A stretch of 64,000 nucleotides of DNA from the NCBI RefSeq assembly GCF_964355755.1, contig NC_092672.1, positions 17,931,237 to 17,995,236 of the forward strand. The letters are read 5' to 3'. Of the stretch, positions 1-12,305 are shown piece after piece. The translations under genes and the position numbers were made by a program. How positions within the stretch are numbered: position 1 is the stretch's first letter; every line of letters starts with the position of its first letter. The DNA comes from Antedon mediterranea (lineage: Eukaryota; Animalia; Echinodermata). The notes under the pieces are model-generated. The model worked only from the letters and a program-made list of their open reading frames with translations. It did not search any database and was not told the origin of the DNA.

Positions 1-340
1 TTATAATTAACATTCAGTTATCTAAAACAACTATCTGGCAACATAATAATACAAAAAACATATTTTAAAATCTCTTTTAAATGAGGAGAAATATTACAAT
101 ACGTAAACCTTCTCAAAAGTCATGTCCATTTGCCGTCCCATTCGCGACCCATACAATTTTCATAATAACATTTTTTTTGTACAGTCTTTTTTCTTTTTTG
201 GACTTTCATAATAAACATTGGCCATATAAGTATACATTTATTCTACTTTGAATCTTGGATTCTTTTTTATTTCTAAGATATGTCTAGTTATATTCTCAAA
301 AATGTCCCGTCCGTAACAAAAAAATACTGTGGAATGCCCC

Positions 341-412
341 AGTTACGAATATGACTGGTGATATTTGTCAAATATGAAATGGGGATCAGCTCAAAAGTTT
401 CACAAATGTGTG
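341..412 (+). repeat. Internal fragment of the Harbinger-like MITE family found at 16748 and 36122
   Basis: agttacgaatatgactggtgatatt...atatgaaatggggatcagctcaaaagtttcacaaatgt is shared with both full copies. Confidence 0.75.
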
Positions 413-646
413 GCTAGAAGGGCACTCATAGAGCGCAAAAACCACCTAGGCATTTGAACATTTAATGATGATGTGTGAAGCCATCCTTTAAAATCGGGCA
501 ATAACTTTTTTAGTAATCCTGCTACTGTAACTACAAATATAGAGAGAAACAAACTATTACAGTAATATGCATACCGGTAGTTGATGTATCGGAATTTCAT
601 TTCATTTTGTTGTACCTGCCAGTTATTTTATTTTTATAATATTCAG

Positions 647-709
647 ATGTCTTAGAGGAAATGTGGAATATGATCATGGAACAAATGTCAAGTTTAGTCC
701 AGATTGCAA
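647..709 (+). CDS. TBL2: TBL2 internal coding exon (CLRGNVEYDHGTNVKFSPDCK); upstream exons lie outside the window
   Basis: ttcag acceptor and gtaagt donor. Peptide matches the TBL2 RANVELDHAT..FSPDCR segment. Phase is compatible with the exon at 8590. Confidence 0.9.
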
Positions 710-843
710 GTAAGTCTAATTATTTTAAATTGTGTATTATTTTTGTATGAAAGACATCATCAAATGTAGGCCTTGGCTAGGCCTACATTTTATTTGATTC
801 AAATGACAGGAATCTATTTAGATGTTATAGTTGGTGATTGCTG

Positions 844-952
844 AAAGGTTATATATCAACTCGGCTGTCGCCTTGTTGATATATAACCTTTTATCATTTA
901 CCTCATGCCATTATCTGTACCATTACACTCATAAACATTCATTATTTGTATA
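844..952. repeat. Hairpin-type interspersed repeat (17-bp perfect stem)
   Basis: aaaggttatatatcaac pairs with gttgatatataaccttt, followed by actcataaacatt...tgtata. Related structures at 9212-9298 and 62797-62858. Confidence 0.6.
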
Positions 953-2268
953 CTATTAAATGGGATCTAAATTTTAATTTAGTAGCAGAAAAAAACATTT
1001 AGTTTGAAATTAAGGGTGTGTTAACTGGGGCAAAATTCGTGGAAAGAAGGAAGAATATAGAAAAAAAGAAAAATAAAAGATGGTTACAATAACAAGGGTT
1101 ATCTCCCAAGTTGGATGCACTATGAGGTGATAGGTAAACTTGTGCTCTTTGAATGCAGACAGGTGAATCCCCTTTTTTTTTTGGTGCCTCACTGAGATTC
1201 ATGTCAGTAGGCTTATAGCTGATAGCTATTATAATGTGCTTAAAGGATCACAATTAGTTGCTCTCCTTGAAGGTTGTTAAGGAGGGTGGATGAGCATGAA
1301 AAAAAAAAAATGACTGATGTTTGTTGTGAATTGACTGATAAATTATGCAAGAGCCTTGTCAGGAAATGTTTTGAAAAAAAGATCTGATCTCTTAAATTAA
1401 AGTTTTTGTGCTGTTGTGTAAAACTTTGTTTATTGCTGTAAATTATTAGGTGATCATTTACAATAAAATGATCACCTATTGTTATTGTATGAAATCTTTA
1501 TTGTTGTTATTATTGTTTCTGTACACTATTTTGTGTAACAATTATCTCAAAAAGTTTAATGTTAATGATTATCAAAATTTCACAATGTCTTTCAAATTCT
1601 TTAACTTAGTCCTAATAAGCTTTTCAGCTCGATCACTCATCCGTGACGTAATTTATACGCCATTTTGTGAAATCACATTATCAGTCATATCTCCATAATT
1701 CATTATTACATATTAATGAAATTCACTATACATAAACTTCAGGTAAAGGGTAAAAATATTAGCCAATAAAACGCACGCGCACGTAGGGTAATACGCGTGA
1801 AATCGCGCGTTTTTGCGCGCGCAATTCTTAAAAAGCGTAAAAATACACATTTTTTGTAGAAATCGCATTCTACTCACCATCCTTAGTACATTCACCAAAT
1901 TTGAGTTTGTTCCGACTTAAAATAACGTTATACGAGCATGTTAAAAATGACAAAATGCGCACATTAATTGCATAAAAGTGCTGAAAATGATGAAAAATAA
2001 GGCATTTTTAAAATGAAAATAACTCTTCAGAATGCACGATGACCCCTAAGTTTTTTAACTTATTCGGGAAGCCATTGAGTTGTAGATATAAATGTATATA
2101 CACATTAGACGTACAAAATTTTTTTGTTGATGTGAGCATGCGCGAGTAGAGACAACACCTAACTTTTACACGCAGGGAAAAAGATCTTAAATTCAGACTA
2201 AAGGTAATATATAGCCAACAAACTCTACTATTTTTAAAAGTTGTATACACTAACTAAAAGAAGACTGC

Positions 2269-3090
2269 ATGATGGCGACTAATAGGCCTACTAGGGCAAA
2301 TACTAAATCAATTGACTTAACAAGAAAAGCTAGACCCTCCGAAAGTCTAGAAGCAGATGATCCAATCGAAGCCTCCGGCGATCGACAGGGGGAAACTCAA
2401 ACGCTCGCCGATCAACTAGGTAGGCTATCAGAACAACTTAATGGTAAACTAGATAAAGTCCTAGAAAATCAAAAAAACTACAACAAAAGGCTTACCAAAC
2501 TGGAAACAACTGTCAAAGATCTAGAAAAAAGTGTGGAATATGCGCATGATTCAACTAACAAAACGAAGGAAGAAATAAAAAAAATTGGAAATGAAATCAA
2601 GAAAATGGAGGAGTATGAAAACAAAATGGCGGCTTATCAGGATAAAATGGCGGACATGGAAAATTCAATCCTAAAACAAGAAAGATACAGTAGGAGTTTT
2701 AATCTAAGGTTTGGAGGAGTTATAGAAAATGCTACAGAAAACACCCAGGACTTATTGCAAAAAGTACTACGCGAAGAACTCGGACTCAAGGACATCGAAA
2801 TTGAAAATTGCCATCGCACCGGGAAACGCCGTTTAGATAACAAACCGAGGCATATAATAGCTAAATTTCTGTACCGTCCACAAAGAAACCAAGTCCTAAA
2901 ACTAGGAAAAGTAAAATTAAAAAGTAAATCACAAAACGTATTTATTACTGAAGATTTACCTGACGCGGACATGAAGAAAAAGAGAGAATTATCTACAATT
3001 ATGGCGCAGGCATATGCCGAAAAACGTAAGCCCGTATTCAGAAATGGACAACTGTTTATCGACGGTAAGCCATACAAGCCACTAAAATAA
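2269..3090 (+). CDS. LINE ORF1 (coiled coil + L1-type RRM/CTD nucleic-acid chaperone)
   Basis: 273 aa. N-terminal coiled coil, then ERYSRSFNLRFGGV, IENCHRTG, PRHIIAKF, VFITEDLP and LFIDG motifs. Confidence 0.9.
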   Translation: MMATNRPTRANTKSIDLTRKARPSESLEADDPIEASGDRQGETQTLADQLGRLSEQLNGKLDKVLENQKNYNKRLTKLETTVKDLEKSVEYAHDSTNKTKEEIKKIGNEIKKMEEYENKMAAYQDKMADMENSILKQERYSRSFNLRFGGVIENATENTQDLLQKVLREELGLKDIEIENCHRTGKRRLDNKPRHIIAKFLYRPQRNQVLKLGKVKLKSKSQNVFITEDLPDADMKKKRELSTIMAQAYAEKRKPVFRNGQLFIDGKPYKPLK

Positions 3091-3981
3091 CTATAATTAA
3101 GTCATTAAGCCAAATTAATTAATGTTCAATTGAACACAATTAATTAATGTTTATGAATTATATTTCATACCTACATTACCGCAGAGTCTATCATTGTCTT
3201 GTAGAACGTAGACTAATTATGTGATTGTAGTAGTATTTCTACCGTTATAAATTGTAAATAAACGAAGTTTGTTTGTTTATGTCGCGCACCTGGCTGTTAG
3301 TGTTATGTTCTGGATATCTCTGTCCATTCAAACTTTAATTCATGTGACCCACGGCAGGTGTGCGACGATAGTGTTACATAATGAGAAATACCAACAACAA
3401 TTAAGTGGCTGTTGACGATGTAAGTTTCAACGTAGTTGTTTACCGGTAATTCATCGATGAGTTACTGGGTTGATCAAACTCGTAAACGTTAAACACATCG
3501 TTTTAATGAAACACAACACAACTAAATGTATTTAAGTTATACTATCCGTACTTTACTAGTGATGTATAATGACAAATTATAACAACATTAAGTGGCTGAT
3601 GTGATTAATAAGTGAGCGCCGTTATTGAGACATCATGTTCTAGACCGTTTCAACGTAGCTGTTTACCGGCGATGTTTGACTTACCAGTGAGTAACGATAA
3701 CTTGCCATAATAATACATTCTGGACATCGGTGAGTTAGATTGATCAACATCTTTTAAGTTAACCAAATATTTAATTGGCGTCCATGATCATCATTATTGT
3801 TTCACTGCCTGTCGTTTAGTTGTTGTTGGTATGTCATGATAAAACAATTCATATTACATTGTATATATTGTAATTTATTGTACATACTTGTTAACTTAGG
3901 CTATATAGTGTTAACTATTCTCTGCTGTAAGCAGCTTGCTCAATTTTATTCATTTGTCATTTCCTTTTCTGTCTAATTTAA

Positions 3982-6948
3982 ATGTTTGAATGTGACCTTT
4001 TTGATAATGTAAATGTGAGCACAGAATATTTTAACGAAGATAACTTAATTTCTTCACTTGAACATTCTAATTTATCATCAAACTTTTCTATATTTGGACT
4101 AAACTGTCGTAGTGTTGTTAATAAGTTTGACTTAATCTCAAACTATTTAGACTCACTCGTACATGCCTTCTCCGTCATTGCCTTCAGTGAAACCTGGTTA
4201 ACCGAAAAAGATAATATTAATCTATACCAGTTACCAGGCTACAGTTTGATTCACAATGATAGGAAAGATAAGAGAGGTGGTGGGGTAGCGTTCTATGTTA
4301 CCAACAAACTAACATATATTATTAGAAATGATCTGTCATCTTGTATGACTGAAGCAGAGACTATTTTTATTGAGATTGAGTTAGAATCAAGAAATAATGT
4401 TATTTGTGGTATAGTTTATAGACCACCCTCACGTTCCTTGCAAAAGTTTGATGATGAATTAACATGTGTAATGCAAATGATTAATCTAGAAAAAAAGAAA
4501 GCTTACCTTGTGGGAGACTATAACATAAACTTACTCCAACAATCTACCGACAACACTATCCAATCACACTTAGACACAATATTTTCTCAGTCATTTCAGC
4601 CAATCATAAAAAGTCCTACTAGAATATCCGATAATTGTGCTTCAATAATTGATAACATTTATTGCAACATCGATTCTTTTACTACGTCCCTTAAAAGTGG
4701 AATACTTATTACTGATATTTCTGATCACTTCCCAATATTCTGTGTAGATACTTTGGAAAAACATAATAAGCAATATCCTCGATTTGTATATAAACGACAA
4801 TACTCTCCTCAACAAACGGAGTATTTTTTGCAAGAATTACAAAGTAATCAGTGGAATGATGTGCTATTCTCAAATAATGCGAATGTTGCTTATCAAAATT
4901 TTACAAACACTTTAAATAAAACAATTGATAATTGTTTCCCTTTAAAACGAATTAGAAATAAGGCGAACAAGTTAAAATCTCCTTGGATCACAGCTGAAAT
5001 TGCCAGAGCTATCTCTCAAAAACATAAATTATATAAAAAGTACAAACAAAATAACACCACTACTAATAAAAGTACGTACATACATTTTAGAAACAAGTTA
5101 ACCACTACTATTAGAAATCGGAAAAAAGAATATTATATGGTCCAGTTTGAACGAAATAAACAAGATATTAAAAAAACGTGGACAATCCTAAATGATATAA
5201 TGGGTAGGAAAAAGACTACCAATTTGCCTACAAAAATAAAATTGGGTACTGAGACTTTCTCTCATAATGATGAGAAAGCTGATGCATTCAACTCTTTTTT
5301 TATTAATATTGGAGAAAAACTAAATAATAAATTTAGGCATGAATCTCAAAATGAAGAAATCACCCACAGAACTTTCTTAAAGGGAAATTTTACCTCTTCA
5401 ATGTTTTTTAAGCCTGTTACTGAACATGAACTTAACCACTATATTAAAAACACAAAGAATACTTCTCCTGGCCATGATGGTATAAGTGCCCAACTCATAA
5501 AATCTGCTTCCCCGTTTATTTTAAAACCTTTATTGCATATTATTAATACGTCATTATCATCGGGCTGTGTCCCGGCTGATATAAAAATTGCTAAAGTTAT
5601 CCCGGTATTTAAGAATGGTGACATCTCCGATATAAATAATTATCGGCCTATTTCCATTTTACCTTTTTTTTCCAAAATATTTGAGAGGATTGTGTATGAT
5701 CAAACGATTTGTTACCTCTCAAAATATAACGTACTGAGTAAAACACAGTATGGATTTAGACAACACCATTCAACTAGTCATGCTTTAATACAATCGATTG
5801 AAAAAATCACAAACGCTATTGAGAATAAAGAGTTCACACTAGGAGTTTTCCTTGATTTATCAAAAGCGTTTGATACAATCGATCATGATGTATTATTAGA
5901 TAAGTTAAGATTTTATGGTATAAGAGGAGTTCCGCTAAACTGGTTCTCAAACTATCTTAAAAAAAGACTACAATACACATTTATTGTTAATACTGCATCT
6001 AGTAAAATGACAGTAAACACTGGAGTTCCTCAGGGATCCATATTGGGTCCATTATTATTTCTTATATTCATTAATGATATTAGTCTAGCATGTAACCATG
6101 TAGACATGATTATGTATGCAGATGACACAAATGTGTTTTATAGTCACAATGATATTACTCAAGCTTTTGATACAATGAACCAGGAGTTATCTATACTTTC
6201 GGACTGGTTTATTGCTAACAAATTAACGCTAAATGTAAACAAATCAAAATATGTTATATTTAAGGCTAGAAATAAGTCAGCTGACACTACCTCACTAGAA
6301 TTGAGGATGGGAAATGAATGTATAGTAAAAGCTACTGAAGTTAAATTTCTAGGCTTATTTCTGGATGAAACTTTATCGTTTAATTTTCATGTAAATGAGG
6401 TAGCAAACAGTATTTCTAGAATAATTGGTGTCTTAAACAAAGTGAAGTCTATGTTATCAAGTAAAATCTTGTTAACGGTATACAATGCACTTATATTACC
6501 TAGAATAACGTATGCTATCACAGTATGGGGTGCTACTTCTGCTACAAACTTAAACCGTATACATATTCTCCAGAAAAAAGCACTTAGAAATATTTGTCAT
6601 GTTCATTTTATGCATCCTTCTCATCCACTTTTTATTTCAACCCAAACATTAAATATTTTTGACCTTTATACGAAACACACTGCTATATTTATGTATCAAT
6701 ATAAACATAATCTATTACCTGAATCATTTAATAACTTATTTAGTACATCTGCCTCATTCCATAATTACTCAACTAGAAACAGGTCAAACTACTGTCCACA
6801 ACTAAAACGCACCAAAGTCGGACAGCAATGTATTTCCTACCAAGGAACACATATTTGGAACAATTTAACAGACTATATAAAACAATCCCCCACTTTAAGT
6901 TTGTTTAAACAGAGATTAAAGCAATATTATAACAATAGAAATATTTAA
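3982..6948 (+). CDS. LINE ORF2: APE endonuclease + reverse transcriptase
   Basis: 988 aa. APE motifs NCRS, SETW, GGGV, YRPP, GDYN, SDHFP. RT motifs PGHDG, YRPIS, FLDLSKAFD, GVPQGSILGP, YADD. Confidence 0.97.
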   Translation: MFECDLFDNVNVSTEYFNEDNLISSLEHSNLSSNFSIFGLNCRSVVNKFDLISNYLDSLVHAFSVIAFSETWLTEKDNINLYQLPGYSLIHNDRKDKRGGGVAFYVTNKLTYIIRNDLSSCMTEAETIFIEIELESRNNVICGIVYRPPSRSLQKFDDELTCVMQMINLEKKKAYLVGDYNINLLQQSTDNTIQSHLDTIFSQSFQPIIKSPTRISDNCASIIDNIYCNIDSFTTSLKSGILITDISDHFPIFCVDTLEKHNKQYPRFVYKRQYSPQQTEYFLQELQSNQWNDVLFSNNANVAYQNFTNTLNKTIDNCFPLKRIRNKANKLKSPWITAEIARAISQKHKLYKKYKQNNTTTNKSTYIHFRNKLTTTIRNRKKEYYMVQFERNKQDIKKTWTILNDIMGRKKTTNLPTKIKLGTETFSHNDEKADAFNSFFINIGEKLNNKFRHESQNEEITHRTFLKGNFTSSMFFKPVTEHELNHYIKNTKNTSPGHDGISAQLIKSASPFILKPLLHIINTSLSSGCVPADIKIAKVIPVFKNGDISDINNYRPISILPFFSKIFERIVYDQTICYLSKYNVLSKTQYGFRQHHSTSHALIQSIEKITNAIENKEFTLGVFLDLSKAFDTIDHDVLLDKLRFYGIRGVPLNWFSNYLKKRLQYTFIVNTASSKMTVNTGVPQGSILGPLLFLIFINDISLACNHVDMIMYADDTNVFYSHNDITQAFDTMNQELSILSDWFIANKLTLNVNKSKYVIFKARNKSADTTSLELRMGNECIVKATEVKFLGLFLDETLSFNFHVNEVANSISRIIGVLNKVKSMLSSKILLTVYNALILPRITYAITVWGATSATNLNRIHILQKKALRNICHVHFMHPSHPLFISTQTLNIFDLYTKHTAIFMYQYKHNLLPESFNNLFSTSASFHNYSTRNRSNYCPQLKRTKVGQQCISYQGTHIWNNLTDYIKQSPTLSLFKQRLKQYYNNRNI

Positions 6949-8076
6949 GTTAAGTAAATCACATTATGTTATTTTGGTTTGTTCTTTTTGTTTGTACTAA
7001 TTGTTTGATCTTTTTGTTAGGGTTACATGCTTAAAGCACTTGTGCTTATTTTGTATCCCATTCCATTATCTTATTATTTGTATTGTATTTGTATATGTTT
7101 TTATTTTGATTATGGAATAAAAATGTCGATGAATTGAAATTGAATTGAATTGAAAAATGGTATTATAAAATTAGGATTTTTTTCCGTTTTGTGTAGGTTA
7201 TCACATTCAATAGCGCGCATCTCCGCTATTTGAGCTCGATTTTTGCACAAATTTCAGTGTGTGCTTGCTTAATTATTTATCTTTCTCATAAGTTGTCAGT
7301 GTTTTCATTTTGATGACGTCATCACGCGTAAAAACTTAATAACGTAGGTCGTGTAATTTCACCTTCGCCGTAAATTTGAATATCTTACAGCTCTTCAGAA
7401 TTGAAGGTTACCTTGATGATTATAATTTATTATGAAAGCTGATGAAATGTAGATATGAATTCATATAAAAACCAAGCCTATCGGATGTTGTGACGTTAAA
7501 ATATGGCCAGATGAAGTTAAAAAGTAGTTTTTTCATCTTTTTCGTCAAAGTTATATAAATTTCAAAGAGCGCGCACAGCGCTTCTACGTGCCAGATTCTC
7601 TTCAAATTCTTATATTTATTTGCTCAATTCATTATCTTTCGAAATTGTCATATTTGAGTTTATTTTGATAATTCCATCATACCAAAAAATTAGAACATGA
7701 TGTGTGTCCCGTAATTTCACCTATGCTACACTGTATAGATATACAGTATATACTGTACATATTGTATATGGCATATAATAGGCACAACTCAGCACTATAA
7801 GTATAAGCGTATGCATCATGTCAACTTTTAACGATCGTATGTTAACGTACATGCATGTTTAAAAAGTGTTAATTTCATTAAAATGATAAAAATGATCACC
7901 TATAATTTGTCAAAGTGACGAATTAAATTCTAGTTTGTATTAATTTAATTTTATATTATGAAAAAATGAGAATTGGTAGATTGGGGGTGGGAGAGAGGAG
8001 TTGTGTTGTACATAGCAGGGTACTGTGTGGTTGTCATTATTATTACATTTTATTATTACATTTTATTATTACATTA

Positions 8077-8433
8077 CAGGGCCGTACCCAAGATCTTACA
8101 AGGGGGGTTCGGACACTAGGTATTTGGGTCACTCTACCCCCCCCCCCCCCCCCCTCAATGGTGGGGCCTAAGTTGAAGCGTATCTTATTAAATGACACTC
8201 CTAGATGGCTGGAAATGGAACTCTCGCATATAAAATTCATGATAAATGGCACCTAGTTGGCTGGAAAAGACAATCTCATGCAGCATGCTACCAATGAGCA
8301 AAACGATCGTACTTTTATCCTTGTCCTCATACATAGACTACTTAAAGGACGATAACATTTTGTTGCTGCCGTACAGCATGTAGCATGTTAGATGCGCGTG
8401 CGCCCGAACCATAACCCCCTGGCTACAGGCCAG
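8077..8433. mobile_element. Degenerate hAT-like MITE with poly-C tract
   Basis: Imperfect TIRs cagggccgtaccca and ctggctacaggccag; catta present on both flanks. Confidence 0.4.
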
Positions 8434-8589
8434 CATTACAACATTGTTTAACAGTATAAATCTATCGTACACCATGTGACCCACAATCATTCAATCAAAT
8501 TACAAGAACCTATTTAGGTGTCTTATAATAATATATTTATTACCATCTAATTGAAAAAGCATTTTAAAGTTTTTTAAATGTGTTTGTAG

Positions 8590-8698
8590 AGCCTTCATAA
8601 CAAGTACATCTAATGGAAATTATATCAAAGTTTTTAAAATTGGAAAGAAAGAAGATGGTACTTCTGCAAGCATTGCAACTGTACTTGAATTTCCTAAG
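8590..8698 (+). CDS. TBL2: TBL2 exon (AFITSTSNGNYIKVFKIGKKEDG...EFPK)
   Basis: tgtag acceptor, gtaaat donor, 1+108 nt. Matches TBL2 AFIV..NGDTLRVFKM.KREDG..FPK. Confidence 0.9.
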
Positions 8699-8756
8699 GT
8701 AAATTTATTTCTTATAAGTTTGGATTATGATGGAATAGAAATTGTATTTCAAATTT

Positions 8757-9103
8757 ACAGTTGGTGTATCCTTGCCATCACAGTTGGTGTATCCTTGCCA
8801 TCACAGTTGGTGTATCCTTGCCATCACAGTTGGTGTATCCTTGCCATCACAGTTGGTGTATCCTTGCCATCACAGTTGGTGTATCCTTGCCATCACAGTT
8901 GGTGTATCCTTGCCATCACAGTTGGTGTATCCTTGCCATCACAGTTGGTGTATCCTTGCCATCACAGTTGGTGTATCCTTGCCATCACAGTTGGTGTATC
9001 CTTGCCATCACAGTTGGTGTATCCTTGCCATCACAGTTGGTGTATCCTTGCCATCACAGTTGGTGTATCCTTGCCATCACAGTTGGTGTATCCTTGCCAT
9101 CAC
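8757..9103 (+). repeat. Perfect 23-bp minisatellite, 15 copies (acagttggtgtatccttgccatc)
   Basis: Directly visible identical tandem units with no spacers. Confidence 0.98.
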
Positions 9104-9476
9104 TTGATTTTGTATTATGTACCATGCATTATTCTTCCTTTTTTTAAACAATTTAATTCAAGATTTAAAACAGGTGATTAATTGAATGATTAATTGAGTG
9201 TTTTTGTATTTGTTGAATGGGAAGAATATTTTCTATTGATGAGTCTAATCTTCTATGAAAAAGTCTTCCCATTCAACTCATAAACATTGATTTTGTATAA
9301 TAAATGCTAAAAATTAAGATATTCCCTAGTATAATGGTTATAGGCCAAAAACTCACTCGTAAAATAATCTGTAAATGTAATAAAAATAATGAGTTAACGA
9401 GTTAAGTACTATTTATTGGCTGGTAAAATACTTTTAATAATTGAATTGTCTTGTTTTTTTGTGTTTTTTTTTACAG

Positions 9477-9582
9477 AAACATGTACAAGATATCATATCT
9501 ATTGGTATTGGTTCAGTGGTAAATGGTAGTTACATTATGACGGCCACCTCTGATACAACTATTATTGTTTGGGATCTAAAAG
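9477..9582 (+). CDS. TBL2: TBL2 exon (KHVQDIISIGIG...YIMTATSDTTIIVWDLKG)
   Basis: Polypyrimidine tract plus acag acceptor. WD40 peptide matches TBL2 FIMTASSDTTVLIWSLKG. Donor is a weak GTTTTT. Confidence 0.9.
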
Positions 9583-9846
9583 GTTTTTTTATTAATGCAA
9601 ACTAAGATTCATATAGTAATATTCAGAAAGTGATTCTTTAACTACATTAGAGAAAGAAAACACTGCAACTTGTTCTACAACCTGGCTTCATGGGTAGAAT
9701 GTAGTTTTGCTTAGAAATGAAGCAGTATTCCCTTTCTTATACTGTATACTTAAACAAGATTGACTAGCTATTACAACATAATAACTGTAATAATAACAAT
9801 GTTGTTTCATGAAATTTTACAAAATTAAAAACTGTTTTATTTGCAG

Positions 9847-9933
9847 GTGAAGTTTTAACAACAATCGATACACATCATATAAACAACAACCATGCTGCTG
9901 TATCCAATTGTGGCAGATTTATAGCATCATGTG
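9847..9933 (+). CDS. TBL2: TBL2 exon (EVLTTIDTHHINNNHAAVSNCGRFIASCG)
   Basis: ttgcag and gtaagc sites. Matches TBL2 NNTHAAVSPCGRFVASCG. Confidence 0.93.
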
Positions 9934-12305
9934 GTAAGCTTTTAATTTACTCTACCTAGATTCCTCCATTGTACAGAATCTTAAAATTGTGTGTTGCCCT
10001 TTGGGTAACCAGTGTCTGAAGTTTAATTTCCCTGACAATATTTTAACTTGCCCAAATTGTTTGCATTACATTTTTTATAGCAATTTAAGGGCCACAATGG
10101 AAATAAGTTTGACCATTGGTTACTTTTTTGTGCTACCCTGAATTCATTCCTGTACTGTTTTTAGTATTATATTGTTTTGATATTTTGTTTTTTGCAGGAG
10201 CTTTGTTTTTAATTTTGTGTATGCAATGAGTCTTATTTTTGTTAATTTCATGGTGAAATTGTTTCTATTTTAGTTTTTTTGTATGATTTTAATGGTTTTT
10301 AAAATTTTGCAATTTTTTTGTGGGATCTTTGTTATCTTATATGCTACTTTTGTAATTAAATTAAATTGTGGTCTAGTTTTGAATTGTTGTTTTAAGCAGT
10401 GATGCTTATTATACTTTCACAATTACGAAAATAAAGGGTGTGCAAAAATTGCAAAATTCGCAACGCTGTTTATATTACAGTCGATCAGGCTTAGAGGCTT
10501 AATATGGAAAAATTTATATAAAATTTATATTGTTTGTTCAGGTGTAATTAAAACATTAAAATAAATTGCAACCAACCGAAAATGCAAGGCCCTACTCAGC
10601 CTGTGCTGCCTCACTCAAAACAATGATGAAATTCCTCTAGGGAGTGATCGACAAGCGTGGTGCCATGGAAGGATTGATTGCTAAAATAATAGGCCGTAAG
10701 CAGTAAATCGTATCATTTCGTCTCATTCCAGTGTTATGGGTCTAGAATTTCTTGACATATTTACAATGCTAATTTTATAGTTAACGACATAGTGGAGCTG
10801 TAGTTTGGTGGTTAACGTGCTTGCCTTCCAATCCTGACCTAGTGCAGCAAACTCACAATGCTGTGGGTACATCAGTGACCGGCTGGTTTTCTCTCTCTAA
10901 TTGGATATGATAATAAAAAAAAGCAAAACTCTTAATAAAAACGAAAAGTAATCAGCCAAGTTCAAAAATTTTGGAAAAACTAACCTTTCACATCAGGTAT
11001 TAGGGCTATATTGTATATTGGTTTCGTTTTTGATAGATAGTTTTTAAAGCTGATTCAATATTCTAAATGTTATATTATGTTTGTAGTACTAGACATAAGC
11101 AACAGTTATTACTATAAAGTTGTATATATACTATATTTGCTATAATATTTATAATTCATTACTGGTTGATTATATTTAAAGCAATTTGTAATAATTAAAA
11201 TACTTTGTATATTTGACAACAGTCTTATTTGTGGAAAATAAAAAATACATCATAGTATTCATTACCAGATAGTTAAATGTCTATAGGCTTTATGTATGTA
11301 CTGTATAACAACCTTTACCTTTAATATTATCCATGATGATTTAAATACATTTTAGCCAATGTTTATAATGACAGTAACAATTACAACCAGGTTAGCTACT
11401 AAGGGATTCATTTGTTATGTTTTTAAATTTACACTAAAAAAACAAAAAATGCAATTTTCAGTTAAAATAATTGATTGCGTAATCATTTTTTGATGTGTAA
11501 CTATCCAACTAGAATATCCAATGCATGAATATAAAGACATACGGTAAGCTTTAAAATGGCCAAAACTTAAAAATTATCTATACAATTTGTAAAATCACAC
11601 TTTTTGCAGCTTCCTCAATAAAAACCTTAAAAATTTAAGATTACAATACCAAATTTCAAAAGCTGTTTACCAACCCTCTCAAGAAGTCATACAGAAAATA
11701 TAAACATGGTATGTGAATTATATATGAAGATACTGCATCTCAAAAATCCCAGAAAGTCTCAAATTGACTAAATAATCTAAATTTTTCTCCCTACAGATGT
11801 AGATTTTAAATTTGAAATTTTAGATATGTGTTTACAATCCACTTGACTACCCACATGGTAAATGTAATAACACTTGTTATTTGTAAAGTTATTACTTCAT
11901 AAAAATTTATTTTTGCAGTACCTTTGAGGGGCAATTGCTTGAAATTGACTGGATATTTTATGGAGAACTTTGATAATAGTGTGGGAAACATGTTCATTTC
12001 AAAATATCGACTCTCAAAATCTAGACCCCGAACGTTGGAACAAAGTTCATATTCTAGGCCTTTTTTGAGCTACTGCTTACGGCCTATGATGTTCAAACTG
12101 GAATTAAATAAAGTATTTCTTAGGTAATTTTTTATGAAATGTATGGAAGTAACTAAACATACATTTTGAGATCAAAGGGATGGAATGCAACAAAACAAGT
12201 TATCATATCAAGTGTTACTATTTTGTTTGTAAATAATATAAATTGAAATTTCCTTTTACAGATAAATAGTTTAAAGCTTAACAATATTTTTTATTTCAAA
12301 TGAAG

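Larger units (their letters stand above)
2130..7154 (+). mobile_element. Apparently full-length, intact LINE (CR1/L2 group, Crack/Daphne/Kiri-like) in a TBL2 intron
   Basis: Uninterrupted ORF1 and ORF2, 3' stem-loop, AATAAA and (TTGAA)n tail at ~7130-7154. The 5' boundary is inferred from a ttga microhomology. Confidence 0.9.

Noticed and set aside
2637-3077. Antisense ORF (146 aa) over LINE ORF1, and similar antisense ORFs over other TE genes
   Set aside because: Shadow ORFs with no recognisable motifs.
8757-9103. CRISPR-like array, or protein-coding ORFs 8720-9181
   Set aside because: Units are contiguous with no unique spacers, the context is a eukaryotic intron, and the ORFs are artefacts of a stop-free 23-bp repeat.
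10791-10835. tRNA gene in a TBL2 intron
   Set aside because: Only an A-box-like 5' half is present, with no T arm; at most a SINE head remnant.
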